Source: a virus
Lineage: Duplodnaviria > Caudoviricetes
IMG/VR virus record: IMGVR_UViG_3300025635_000031
Coordinates: 1-52,737 of that record
Length of the DNA stretch: 52,737 bases
Direction: 5' to 3' (one strand)
A program made the position numbers and the translations under genes. The notes beneath the pieces are model-generated. The model had not been told where the DNA came from. It saw only the letters and a program-made list of their open reading frames with translations, and made no database searches. This document shows positions 19,242 to 31,159 of the stretch, one piece after another. The first letter of the stretch is position 1; each line of letters opens with the position of its first letter.

Positions 19242-19700
19242 ATGGGTACTACTACTTTTACTGGTCCCGTTAAGGCGGGTAACGTTCTTAACACGACTGG
19301 CACAACAGCTGGTTCCGTGAAGAACGTTGGTTCTGTCGTTATGGCGCAATCAGCTGCAGTCACGCAGGCTGGCACATCTACGGCTGCTACTACAGGCATT
19401 TGTATTCCGGCTAACAGCCATATCGTCGGCATTGACGTTCTGGCCACTGTTGCTTGGGATGGTGCTGCAGACACAATCAGCATCGGAACAACTGCGGCTG
19501 CAAACCAGCTTGTTTCGGCTGGCGCGTTGACAAACATTGGTCTTACAAAACTTACGCCGGGAACGGATGCTACCCGTACCGCTAAGTGGATTGATGTTGG
19601 CACAAGCGATGTGCTGATCTATGCTCTTTCCGCTAATACGGGCGCTGGTGACGGTGTTGTAACCGTATACTACGTTCAGGCTGAAAATCTAACTGCGTAA
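19242..19700 (+). CDS. virion structural protein (head decoration/fibre-like)
   Basis: MGTTTFTGPVKAG start, beta-rich, AGGAGG RBS. Confidence 0.7.
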   Translation: MGTTTFTGPVKAGNVLNTTGTTAGSVKNVGSVVMAQSAAVTQAGTSTAATTGICIPANSHIVGIDVLATVAWDGAADTISIGTTAAANQLVSAGALTNIGLTKLTPGTDATRTAKWIDVGTSDVLIYALSANTGAGDGVVTVYYVQAENLTA

Positions 19701-19717
19701 GCCATTAGGAGGCTCCT

Positions 19718-19963
19718 ATGAAGGGTAAGACTGTAAAAGACACCAAGGTGACCAAGGCTTACGCTGGCGGCGATAGTAACGTTGCACACGAAGCCCATTC
19801 GGACACGGATGGTTTTAAAAAGGGCGGTCGCGCCAAGAAGAGCATGGGCAAGGCTGCTGGCCTTATGTCCAAGGCCCACGCTGGCCGTAAGCCCCGCAAG
19901 TCGGGCGGCGGCGTGTTCTCTTCGGCAGCTGCCGGAACTCCCCGTCCCGGCTTCAAGGGCTAA
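19718..19963 (+). CDS. small basic xxxGG-motif protein
   Basis: 81 aa with FKKGG and RKSGG; AGGAGG RBS. Confidence 0.7.
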   Translation: MKGKTVKDTKVTKAYAGGDSNVAHEAHSDTDGFKKGGRAKKSMGKAAGLMSKAHAGRKPRKSGGGVFSSAAAGTPRPGFKG

Positions 19964-19985
19964 TTGCTCTTAACGGGTCGAACGG

Positions 19986-20011
19986 CGGGGGGCTTAGGCC
20001 CCCCGTTTTTT
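19986..20011 (+). terminator. intrinsic terminator
   Basis: perfect CGGGGGGC-TTAG-GCCCCCCG stem followed by TTTTTT. Confidence 0.9.
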
Positions 20012-20025
20012 CTAGAGGGTTAAAC

Positions 20026-20301
20026 ATGGCTAAATCTCCTGCGTGGCAACGTTCTGAAGGCAAAAACCCAGAGGGTGGGCTTAATGCAAAGGGTCGCGCT
20101 TCTGCTAAAGCGGAAGGGCATAATCTTAAGCCACCTGTAAGCCGTGAACAGGCTAAGAAAAGTGATGCTTCGGCACAGCGTCGGGAGAATTTCCGTAGCC
20201 GTATGTGCGGTATGAAAGAAAAGTTAACATCCGCAAAGACAAAGCATGATCCAAATAGTCGCATTAATCTGGCCTTAAAAAAGTGGGATGTAAAATGTTA
20301 A
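20026..20301 (+). CDS. small basic conserved phage protein (DUF6321-like)
   Basis: AWQR.EGKNP.GGLNAKGR...F..RM...SRIN.AL..W motif. Confidence 0.7.
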   Translation: MAKSPAWQRSEGKNPEGGLNAKGRASAKAEGHNLKPPVSREQAKKSDASAQRRENFRSRMCGMKEKLTSAKTKHDPNSRINLALKKWDVKC

Positions 20302-20729
20302 AATGCACCCGCTGCAGGCAGGAAAAGCCAGAAACTTCAGAGTTTTTCCCGTTACACAATAAAAAAACTAATGGCCTTGATAGTTGGTGCAGGGCATGCC
20401 GTAGTGCTTATAAATCTGAAACTAGGCGCGGGAAATACCGCGAAATGATCCCAGATTATGTGCTTAAAGATATGCTTAACAGCACTTTTGAATGCACTAT
20501 TTGCGGCGAAGAAGCTGACCTTGTTGTAGACCATGACCACAAAACAAACGTGGTTCGGGGACTTCTCTGCAATAAATGCAATAAGGGTCTTGGACTTTTC
20601 AGGGATAATCCTGAATATTTGGAATTTGCCCGTATCTATCTTTTGGCATCACAGGGCGCGCCGGAGGCGGCTGAATACGTTCAAAAGCATAGTGGGCTTA
20701 GCCTATATGGAGAACAGAGCAATGGCTGA
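20295..20729 (+). CDS. endonuclease VII-type His-Me (HNH) homing endonuclease
   Basis: CTIC...VVDHDH...VRGLLCNKCNKGLG; N-terminal Zn ribbon. Confidence 0.85.
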   Translation: MLKCTRCRQEKPETSEFFPLHNKKTNGLDSWCRACRSAYKSETRRGKYREMIPDYVLKDMLNSTFECTICGEEADLVVDHDHKTNVVRGLLCNKCNKGLGLFRDNPEYLEFARIYLLASQGAPEAAEYVQKHSGLSLYGEQSNG

Positions 20730-20889
20730 TAAACCGTTCTGGGAAAAAGACGCTCCCAAAGACGCCAAAGAAAAGCATTTGAACAAAAAACAGGTTACAA
20801 TGGCGAAAGCACGGGCAAGAGCCGCAGGACGGCCTTATCCTAACTTGGTCGATAATGTTGCTGCCGCACGCGCGGGGAAGGGCAAATAA
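20722..20889 (+). CDS. small basic hypothetical protein
   Basis: AKARA..AGRPYPNLVDN motif; GGAG RBS. Confidence 0.7.
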   Translation: MADKPFWEKDAPKDAKEKHLNKKQVTMAKARARAAGRPYPNLVDNVAAARAGKGK

Positions 20890-21213
20890 ATGCAGTCAAT
20901 TACGCTTACAAAATCCGGTGTTGGTTCAAGCACCGTTCGCGCTTTGGATTATTTCCAAAATCCGTTCAATGTTGGTCTTGGCGCGGTTGTCACTGGAGCT
21001 GTGACATACACTGTTGAATATTGCTTTGAAGATCCGTCAAACGCTGATTTCAATGCATCAACCGCAACATGGTATGCCGTAACGGGTCTTTCTGCAGAAT
21101 CGACCACTAAGTCGGCTGCTCTTACGGTTCCGTGCCGTGGCATTCGCGTAACGAACGCTGTTGGTAGCACTGGCTCTATCGTGGTGTACGTCCAGCAGGC
21201 TGGCACGCGGTAA
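20890..21213 (+). CDS. virion structural protein (beta-sandwich-like)
   Basis: adjacent ORF, Thr/Val-rich. Confidence 0.65.
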   Translation: MQSITLTKSGVGSSTVRALDYFQNPFNVGLGAVVTGAVTYTVEYCFEDPSNADFNASTATWYAVTGLSAESTTKSAALTVPCRGIRVTNAVGSTGSIVVYVQQAGTR

Positions 21214-21225
21214 CGGGAGCTACCG

Positions 21226-21930
21226 ATGGCCACAAGCGGCACATATGATTATTCACCATCTCTTGGTGAACTTACGTTGTATGCGTACAATCTGTGCGGT
21301 ATCCGCAACACAGCGCTGTTGCAGGAACACATGGAGGCTGCACGCACGGCAACCAATTTGCTATGCGCGCGCTGGTCAAACCAAGGTGTAAATCTTTGGA
21401 CTGTTGATCTTGTGACTGTGCCTCTTGTTCAAGGGCAAGCTACATATACTGTTGATGATACGACCGTTATGGTGCTGGACGCATACATTACAATTGCGCA
21501 AGGGATGTCTAATACTGACCGTATTATCCTTCCTGTATCGCGTACTGAATATGCGTCATATCCAAACAAAGAACAGCAAGGTTTCCCTACGACATATTGG
21601 TTTGATCGCCTTATGTCTCCTGCTTCTGGCAACCAGACCCTTACGCTCTGGCCTGTCCCAGATGGTGGCGAAGCAACTACTCTTAAGTATTATCGTGTTA
21701 AGCGAATTCAGGACGCTAATTTTACATCAGGCCAACAAATAGATATTCCATATCTTTGGCTTGAAGCATTTGCTTATGGTTTGGCTACACGTTTGGCGCA
21801 AATATTTGCTCCAGCTATGGTGCCAACTTTAAAAGCGCAAGCTGATGAAGCTTATCAAATTGCTGCCGACCAAAATACGGAATATGTGTCACAGTACATT
21901 AGTCCGCAAATACAGGGGTATTTTAGATAA
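21226..21930 (+). CDS. head completion/adaptor protein
   Basis: MATSGT, WSNQGVNLW, SR.EY..YPNK..QG.P, LWPVPD motifs. Confidence 0.7.
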   Translation: MATSGTYDYSPSLGELTLYAYNLCGIRNTALLQEHMEAARTATNLLCARWSNQGVNLWTVDLVTVPLVQGQATYTVDDTTVMVLDAYITIAQGMSNTDRIILPVSRTEYASYPNKEQQGFPTTYWFDRLMSPASGNQTLTLWPVPDGGEATTLKYYRVKRIQDANFTSGQQIDIPYLWLEAFAYGLATRLAQIFAPAMVPTLKAQADEAYQIAADQNTEYVSQYISPQIQGYFR

Positions 21931-22650
21931 TGCGCCCCCATGGTCGCGCCTCTGTCAGTACAACAAACCCACGCGCCTTTGGCATATGCGACAGGTGCGG
22001 GTTTTTGTATAACCACCACGAACTTCAGTGGCAGTATGACTATCGTGGCGCGGCTCTTGTTAACGTTCGCATTCTTGTTTGCGAATCGTGTTTGGACGTT
22101 CCGCAAAACCAACTTCGCAATATTGTTATTCCGGCTGATCCTACGCCGATTATGAATGCGCGTATTCAAGATTACATTCTTGCTGAAAATGATCAACGCC
22201 TTACGTCGCAAACAGTATATAGGCCAATCTCTGCAACAGGCGATGGCACCACAGCAACATTGACGCTGCAGGTCCCACTTGTGTTTGAAGCGGTCCCTGT
22301 AGGCAGCACTATTGTTGTCGCAGGGATGCAGCCGCAGGGATACAATGGGACATTTGTGGTCACGGCGTCATCCAATACTGGCGCGTACACAGTGTCCTAT
22401 GCATGCCATGAAAGATCACCAATGGCCGTTAGCGGTTATGTAGCTACAAACGTTGATCCGGTTACAGGTTTGACGATACTTGGTGGCGATGTCCGCATTA
22501 CACAAAACGACGATACGCGCGTAACCCAGATGACGGGCGAACCGCCATTTGGTACAAACCAACAACCGGGTACAGATCCGAATGCGCCGGGCAACGACGA
22601 TCCGGGTCTGCCTTATGGATTTAATGAAGTGCCAAAAACGGGTCCTTTAG

Positions 22651-22658
<8 letters not shown>
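21930..22658 (+). CDS. virion-associated protein with N-terminal CxxC...CxxC and an inserted beta module
   Basis: ICDRCGF...VCESCLD.PQ; GDGTTAT...GYNGTF.V module. Confidence 0.65.
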
Positions 22659-24804
<2,146 letters not shown>

Positions 24805-24813
24805 GGTGTAAGG

Positions 24814-26754
24814 ATGCCACTTCTTTCAACCCTTGGCGCGGCATCAGCACAGGCTTTCGGAGCAGGTGCGCTGCAAACTGCTGCCAATTACATTGAAGAT
24901 GTGTTTAGCACTTATCTTTATACTGGTAACGGAAGTACGTTAACAGTTACTAATAATATTGATACTTCTACAAAAGGCGGACTTGTTTGGTTAAAAAGAC
25001 GCGACACAACTGGGAGTAATGGATTATTTGATACAGCGCGTGGCGCTAATTATGTATTGGTTTCAAATAGCACAGGAGCATCCTCTTTTAATGCAAACAC
25101 TCTTACTGCATTTAATACAAATGGATTTTCTCTTGGAAGTGCTTCGGTTGATTTAAATGCAAATGGCGGGACCTATGCATCATGGACATTTAGAAAACAG
25201 CCTAAGTTTTTTGATGTAGTTACATATACCGGAGACGGAACAACGGGGCGCGTTATAAATCACAATCTTGGCTCATCGCCGGGAATGATTGTTTTTAAAA
25301 ATTATAGTGGTGTATCGCAATGGCCTACTTGGCACAGAAGCCTTGCAGCAAATAATATTTTGTTTTTAAACACAACAGACGCTTCAACTTTTTCTAGCGG
25401 TTATGTTTCTGCCGTATCAAGCACGACATTTACTATCAATGCTAACGTAAACACTAACGGGGCAACTTTTGTTGCCTACCTTTTTGCCCACGACGCTGGT
25501 GGATTTGGTTTAGATGGGACTCAAAGTGTTATAAAATGTGGTCAATTTACAACAAGTAGTGGTGCTGTAAATTTGGGCTGGGAACCACAATGGTTAATGT
25601 ATAAAAATATTAATGATTCAGCAACAGATTGGATTATTGTCGATAATATGCGTGGCGATTTTATTTATAATGGGTCAAGCACAAACGGGCAGGGATTAAA
25701 CGCAAATACTACTGGTGGCGAATATGCTTGGTATGTTCCATATCCAAACGCAACAGGATTCACACCTATTGTAGCTGGTACCTACATCTACATGGCCATC
25801 CGCCGTGGCCCTATGAAGGTGCCTACGGATGCAACGACTGTGTTTAGCCCCGTTGTTCAAACTCCCAGTGGGCTGACAACCGTAACCTCCGGGTTTGTAA
25901 CGGACACCGTTATTCAAGCTCAAAGAAATAGATCTGCGACAAATTCTACTTGGGTAACAGATAGGTTACGTGGCAATACGCCTCTTTTAAGAACTAACGC
26001 AACTGCATCTGAGAACACCACTCTTGGAACAGATCCTGTTTATTACAATGCAAGTAATGCAAACACGGGGTTTCAAGATAATTTTTTTACGTCTCAGCTT
26101 GGTGTAAGTACCTCATCTATTTATTGGATGTTTAGAAGAGCGCCGCAAGTATATGATAGTGTCTGTTATTCAGGTACAGGAAGCAATACTACAATTAGCC
26201 ATAACCTTGGTATTGCTCCAGAAATGATGATTGTAAAGTCCAGAAACTCAAGCTTAGATTGGTGGGTTTATCATTCTGCGCTTGGAAATACAAAATACAT
26301 GGTTTTTAACGCGGCAGATGCTCCGCAAACAAGCTCTACAGCTTGGAACAATACTACGCCAACAGCGTCCGTTTTTTCGGTTGGAACAGGAAGCCAAGTA
26401 AATGCTTCTGGAAACACTTATGTTGCATATTTATTTGCAACATGCGCTGGCGTATCGAAGGTCGGTTCCTATACAGGAGATGGCGGGACGCAAACAATTA
26501 GTTGCGGCTTTTCTGGGGGAGCAAGATTTGTAATGATTAAAAATGCCACCGCATCAAACACAAATAATTGGTGGATTTGGGACACGGCGCGCGGAATGGT
26601 ATCAGGAAATGATCTTCGCATACCGCCTAATGATATAACTGCCGAACAAAACTATAATGATGTTTTTACTACAACTGGCGGGTTTCAAGTTACTGCTGGA
26701 ACCAGTTCAATAAATAACAACGGCGGCACTTACATCTACCTAGCAATCGCATAG
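24814..26754 (+). CDS. receptor-binding tail fibre/tip protein (repeated YTGNG...H.LG..P...I.K.R modules, DUF7483-like)
   Basis: repeated beta modules; ends YIYLAIA. Confidence 0.75.
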   Translation: MPLLSTLGAASAQAFGAGALQTAANYIEDVFSTYLYTGNGSTLTVTNNIDTSTKGGLVWLKRRDTTGSNGLFDTARGANYVLVSNSTGASSFNANTLTAFNTNGFSLGSASVDLNANGGTYASWTFRKQPKFFDVVTYTGDGTTGRVINHNLGSSPGMIVFKNYSGVSQWPTWHRSLAANNILFLNTTDASTFSSGYVSAVSSTTFTINANVNTNGATFVAYLFAHDAGGFGLDGTQSVIKCGQFTTSSGAVNLGWEPQWLMYKNINDSATDWIIVDNMRGDFIYNGSSTNGQGLNANTTGGEYAWYVPYPNATGFTPIVAGTYIYMAIRRGPMKVPTDATTVFSPVVQTPSGLTTVTSGFVTDTVIQAQRNRSATNSTWVTDRLRGNTPLLRTNATASENTTLGTDPVYYNASNANTGFQDNFFTSQLGVSTSSIYWMFRRAPQVYDSVCYSGTGSNTTISHNLGIAPEMMIVKSRNSSLDWWVYHSALGNTKYMVFNAADAPQTSSTAWNNTTPTASVFSVGTGSQVNASGNTYVAYLFATCAGVSKVGSYTGDGGTQTISCGFSGGARFVMIKNATASNTNNWWIWDTARGMVSGNDLRIPPNDITAEQNYNDVFTTTGGFQVTAGTSSINNNGGTYIYLAIA

Positions 26755-26764
26755 GAACGGGAAC

Positions 26765-27298
26765 ATGACAAACTACGTTGAAGTTAACGCAGACAACCAG
26801 ATCATCACTTATCCATACACGTTTTCGTCTTTGCAGGCGGAAAACCCATACACCAATTTTGGTGACAACCAAGATGTTATGTACTGGTTTCCGCAGACAA
26901 ATGCTGCGACGGAACTGGGGTATCAGCTATTTCCGGTGCTAGAAGCGCCGCAGCCTCCATATGATCCTGTAACGCAGTATGTAGTTCCGGGCGCTCCAGA
27001 GGAAACGCGCGGACAGTGGTACGCAACATGGGTTGTCAGTAATAACGACCCAGAGCAGCAGGCATATGTTGACGCACAACTGAAACAACAGAATAAGCAA
27101 CAGGCCAGCAGCCTACTATCGGCAACGGATTGGACAGCTATTCCGTCCGTTGCTGATCCAGCGCAGTCAAACCCTTATCTAGCTAATCAGGCAGCGTTTC
27201 TTTCATACCGCAGTCAAATTCGCGCCATTGCGGTAAACCCACCTGTTGTTGTCAATCCATGGCCTGTTTGTCCTGACGAAGTTTGGGAAACGGTGTAA
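26765..27298 (+). CDS. tail fibre assembly chaperone-like protein
   Basis: YDP.TQ, LLSATDW, YR..IR.I, WP..P motifs. Confidence 0.7.
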   Translation: MTNYVEVNADNQIITYPYTFSSLQAENPYTNFGDNQDVMYWFPQTNAATELGYQLFPVLEAPQPPYDPVTQYVVPGAPEETRGQWYATWVVSNNDPEQQAYVDAQLKQQNKQQASSLLSATDWTAIPSVADPAQSNPYLANQAAFLSYRSQIRAIAVNPPVVVNPWPVCPDEVWETV

Positions 27299-27328
27299 TA
27301 TAAGCGTTGGCGCGAAAGGTAACGGTCC

Positions 27329-27952
27329 ATGGCAATCCCACGCAATCTATCTAATCTGGCTCCGGGGGCCGATAGCTCTGGTGTATTAAGTGTCACCAAA
27401 GGCGGCACTGGGGTAGCAACTATTACGGGTGTTGTTAAAGGTAACGGTACATCTGCTTTCACTGCTGCCACGGCTGGCACTGATTATGTTGCGCCATCGG
27501 TGGCAACAACATTTACGGCCACCCAAACATTTTCCGGTTCTTCTAGCACTATAGCAGCGGTATTTACGGATGCTGGTGAAGTGGTGACGGTATCTGCTAC
27601 CGCTGCCACTGGTACAATTAACTATGACGTAACAACCCAAACCGTGCTTTATTATACAACAAATGCTTCTGGGAACTTTACGATAAACTTTCGCGGATCG
27701 TCCGGCACTAGCTTGGACACGCTTCTGTCTACAGGACAGAGTATTACAGTTGCGTTCCTTAACACTAATGGCGGCACGGCTTATTACAATTCAGCCGTCC
27801 AAGTTGATGGCGCGTCTGTCACACCTAAATGGCAAGGCGGCACAACACCAACTTCTGGTAATGCTTCCAGCATAGACATTTATGTCTACACAATCATTAA
27901 GACAGGATCGGCCACATTTACCGTGGCTGCTTCACAAACTAAATTCGCGTAA
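27329..27952 (+). CDS. short tail fibre/adapter protein
   Basis: GGTG fibre repeat; C-terminal domain nearly identical to that of 22651..24804. Confidence 0.75.
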   Translation: MAIPRNLSNLAPGADSSGVLSVTKGGTGVATITGVVKGNGTSAFTAATAGTDYVAPSVATTFTATQTFSGSSSTIAAVFTDAGEVVTVSATAATGTINYDVTTQTVLYYTTNASGNFTINFRGSSGTSLDTLLSTGQSITVAFLNTNGGTAYYNSAVQVDGASVTPKWQGGTTPTSGNASSIDIYVYTIIKTGSATFTVAASQTKFA

Positions 27953-27964
27953 TAGGGGGTTACA

Positions 27965-30900
27965 ATGCCAAAGATTTCCGCAACTGGTAGCCTTTCGTCA
28001 CGCGGCTTTGGTGAATTTGCTAAATCGCAAACAACTGGAAAATACATTGAAAATTATTTTTCAACATATTTGTACACAGGTAACGGTGCAGAGAACACGT
28101 TCAACACCGGTGTTGCTTTATCAGACACGTTATCTTGGACGACTATAAAATTTAGGCAAACAGCCACTTCTTTAGCAAGAAGTGTTGCTGTGGATTCCTC
28201 TGGGAATTTTTATGTTGGCGGAACTGCTTATGACGGGCAGAACTATATTCTAGTTGCAAAATTTAATTCAACTGGAACTTTGCAATGGCAGCGTAAAATT
28301 AGACAGAATGCTTCTAGTGCGGGTTTTGTTTCTTTTGATTCCTCTGGAAATGTTTATGTTGTTGGAACAGCAAATAATGGAACAGCTAATTATGCATCAA
28401 TAGTAAAGTACGATTCATCAGGAACTATTCAATGGCAGCGTAAATTATCCCATGCTAGCACGCTTGCTTTTACGCCGGGCGGGATGTTTGTTGATTCGTC
28501 GTCTAACGTTTATGTGGGTGGAACGTATGGTAGTTCAACATACCAAGTTGTTGCAAAATATAATTCCTCTGGAGTTATTCAGTGGCAACGGCGTTTTTCT
28601 GTTGGGGCTGCTACAACAAACGGGTATGGGGTTGCTACAGACTCTTCAGGAAATGTTTATTTTGTTGGCGATAGTGCAGGGTTCACTATAAACAAGTACA
28701 ATTCCTCTGGAGTTATTCAATGGCAAAGAGTTTTAGGCGCAACCGCATCCGGAAGAGCCGTTACAGTAGATTCTTCAAATAATATTTATGTTACTGGGCA
28801 AAACGCAGATAAGATACTTTTAGCAAAGTATAATGATTCTGGTGTCATTCAATGGCAAAGAACTTTGGTAGACGCAGTATCAGCATCTAATATTGGCACA
28901 GGCATAACAACAGATGCATCTGGAAATGTGTATTTGGTTGGGAGACTTGGTGACACATTAAGCGGTTACGCTTGTGTTGCAAAATATAATTCTTCTGGAG
29001 CTTTGCAGTGGCAAAGAAAAATTCGCCAAAGTGGTTCTTTTGGATACGGAATATCGGTTAATTCGTCCGGAACGCTTTTAATAGCATTGTTAGCAAACGA
29101 TGGCGCTAACTACGGCGGCGTAATCAAAATGACAACTGACGGAGATCTTACGTCCGGAACAGCCTTTGTTACGATGGTGCCGGGAGCCGCTACTAGCGCG
29201 ATAGGTACAGAGACAGAGGCAGCAAACACTGGAACCGATGCCGCAGGACCTGCTGTAGATGCTGCAGGAACAGCAACTGATTCTGCAGGAACGGCAACTT
29301 TTTCTTCTGCAACACAAAGTGCTGTTACTGGAACAGGTGGCCTTGTTTGGATTAAAGGCCGTAGCGGGGCAACGGACAACGCATTGTATGATACTGTACG
29401 GGGCGCAACAAACGATCTTGTTTCTAATTCAACAGCAGCGCAAACAACACAAGCAACAGGTTTAACTAGTTTTTTTGCTGATGGCTTTAGTATTGGCGCT
29501 TTAGCTAAGATAAATTCAAGTGCAGCTACATATGCATCATGGACATTTAGAAAGCAAAATAAGTTTTTTGATATAGTTACGTATACTGGCAACGGCGCTG
29601 GGTCGCGAACTATTAATCATAATTTGGGGTCTACACCCGGAATGATTATTATTAAAAGAACAGATGGAGTTACAGACTGGAATGTGTATCATCGTTCAAT
29701 AGGAAATACAGGAGCAATTTTTTTAAATTCTACGGCAGTGACAAGCACATCATCTGTATATTGGTCTAATACATCTCCAACATCAACAAATTTTACCGTA
29801 GGGTCATTTAGTGGTGTTAATGCAAGCGGTGGGTCTTATGTAGCCTATTTATTTGCCCATGACGCAGGCGGTTTTGGCACTGATGAAACCGAAAATGTTA
29901 TTAGTTGCGGAAGCTATACAGGGAACGGTAGTGCGACAGGACCCGTTATTACATTAGGATATGAACCGCAATTTGTGATGGTAAAAGCTACCAATGGTGT
30001 TTATAATTGGCTTATTGAAGATGTAATACGAAATATGAATTTATCATTGGGATCATATTTGAGTCCTAGTGCCACATCTGCAGAGGCAGCAATAAACCCA
30101 AGTGTTGTACCAAACGCTACTGGTTTCAGTATTAATACGACTAATTCCCAAGTTAATGCTAGCGGGACTACATATATTTATATGGCTATTAGACGCGGAA
30201 AAATGCAAACTCCTACAACAGGCACAAGCGTATTTTCTCCAATTGCATTCACTGGTGGCACAGCCAATAGATCATTGTCATATGGATTTCCAGTTGATGT
30301 GTGGATTGATCTTGAAAGAACAAATACCGCCCTAACTTCTTATGCGTGGCCGGTTTTTGATCGGCTATTAAGTATATCAAATTCATATTTTACAAGTAAA
30401 TCAACCGCTTGGTCAGGTGGTTGGGGAACGTCTTATCTTACTATAGACAACAATACTGGCGTTGTTTTGGTAGACGGAACTGCATTCTTAAATGCTCCAT
30501 CTAGTACTTATGTTGGATATGGATTTGCCCGCGCTAAAGGCTTTTTTGATGTTGTAAATTATGCTGGTTCTTCTGCGGCGGCAAATATATCGCACAATTT
30601 GGGTGTTGTTCCAGAACTGATAATCATAAAAAAATATAGCCCTGCTGCTGATTGGTGGGTTTATGCACAACCAGTTGGCAACACTAAGTATCTTGTAAGC
30701 AATACAACGGCTATACCTGTTACTACATCCACTGCTTGGAATAATACAAGCCCAACAAGTAGTGTTTTTTCTGTTGGCACAGCAACTCAAGTCAATGTAT
30801 CCGGCGCTAGATATAGTGCATATTTATTTGCTACCTGCCCCGGCGTAAGCAAGGTTGGAAGTTATACTGGTACAGGAACAAACCAAACTATAAACTGTGG

Positions 30901-31141
30901 TTTTAGCGGCGGTGCTAGATTTGTAATGATTAAACGCACCGACACCACTGGTGATTGGTATTTGTTTGATACAGCACGCGGTATGGTGTTTTTGACAGAC
31001 CCGTATTCATTTTGGAATGCGGCAAGTGTAGAAACGAACGCAAATAATGTTTACACTACGTCAACGGGCTTTGAATTAGTTAGTAATTTAGCAGGAACTA
31101 ACGCAACCGGCGGTACTTACATTTTCTTAGCAATCGCCTAG
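27965..31141 (+). CDS. receptor-binding protein with inserted beta-propeller
   Basis: paralogue of 24814..26754 plus DSSGNVYV...KYNSSG..QWQR repeats. Confidence 0.78.
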   Translation: MPKISATGSLSSRGFGEFAKSQTTGKYIENYFSTYLYTGNGAENTFNTGVALSDTLSWTTIKFRQTATSLARSVAVDSSGNFYVGGTAYDGQNYILVAKFNSTGTLQWQRKIRQNASSAGFVSFDSSGNVYVVGTANNGTANYASIVKYDSSGTIQWQRKLSHASTLAFTPGGMFVDSSSNVYVGGTYGSSTYQVVAKYNSSGVIQWQRRFSVGAATTNGYGVATDSSGNVYFVGDSAGFTINKYNSSGVIQWQRVLGATASGRAVTVDSSNNIYVTGQNADKILLAKYNDSGVIQWQRTLVDAVSASNIGTGITTDASGNVYLVGRLGDTLSGYACVAKYNSSGALQWQRKIRQSGSFGYGISVNSSGTLLIALLANDGANYGGVIKMTTDGDLTSGTAFVTMVPGAATSAIGTETEAANTGTDAAGPAVDAAGTATDSAGTATFSSATQSAVTGTGGLVWIKGRSGATDNALYDTVRGATNDLVSNSTAAQTTQATGLTSFFADGFSIGALAKINSSAATYASWTFRKQNKFFDIVTYTGNGAGSRTINHNLGSTPGMIIIKRTDGVTDWNVYHRSIGNTGAIFLNSTAVTSTSSVYWSNTSPTSTNFTVGSFSGVNASGGSYVAYLFAHDAGGFGTDETENVISCGSYTGNGSATGPVITLGYEPQFVMVKATNGVYNWLIEDVIRNMNLSLGSYLSPSATSAEAAINPSVVPNATGFSINTTNSQVNASGTTYIYMAIRRGKMQTPTTGTSVFSPIAFTGGTANRSLSYGFPVDVWIDLERTNTALTSYAWPVFDRLLSISNSYFTSKSTAWSGGWGTSYLTIDNNTGVVLVDGTAFLNAPSSTYVGYGFARAKGFFDVVNYAGSSAAANISHNLGVVPELIIIKKYSPAADWWVYAQPVGNTKYLVSNTTAIPVTTSTAWNNTSPTSSVFSVGTATQVNVSGARYSAYLFATCPGVSKVGSYTGTGTNQTINCGFSGGARFVMIKRTDTTGDWYLFDTARGMVFLTDPYSFWNAASVETNANNVYTTSTGFELVSNLAGTNATGGTYIFLAIA

Positions 31142-31159
31142 CACTTGTTGGAGGGGGAA

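Noticed and set aside
24814-31141. Similar 3' ends of the two tip genes as a diversity-generating retroelement TR/VR pair
   Set aside because: Both copies are full coding paralogues, the differences are not adenine-specific, and no reverse transcriptase is in the window.
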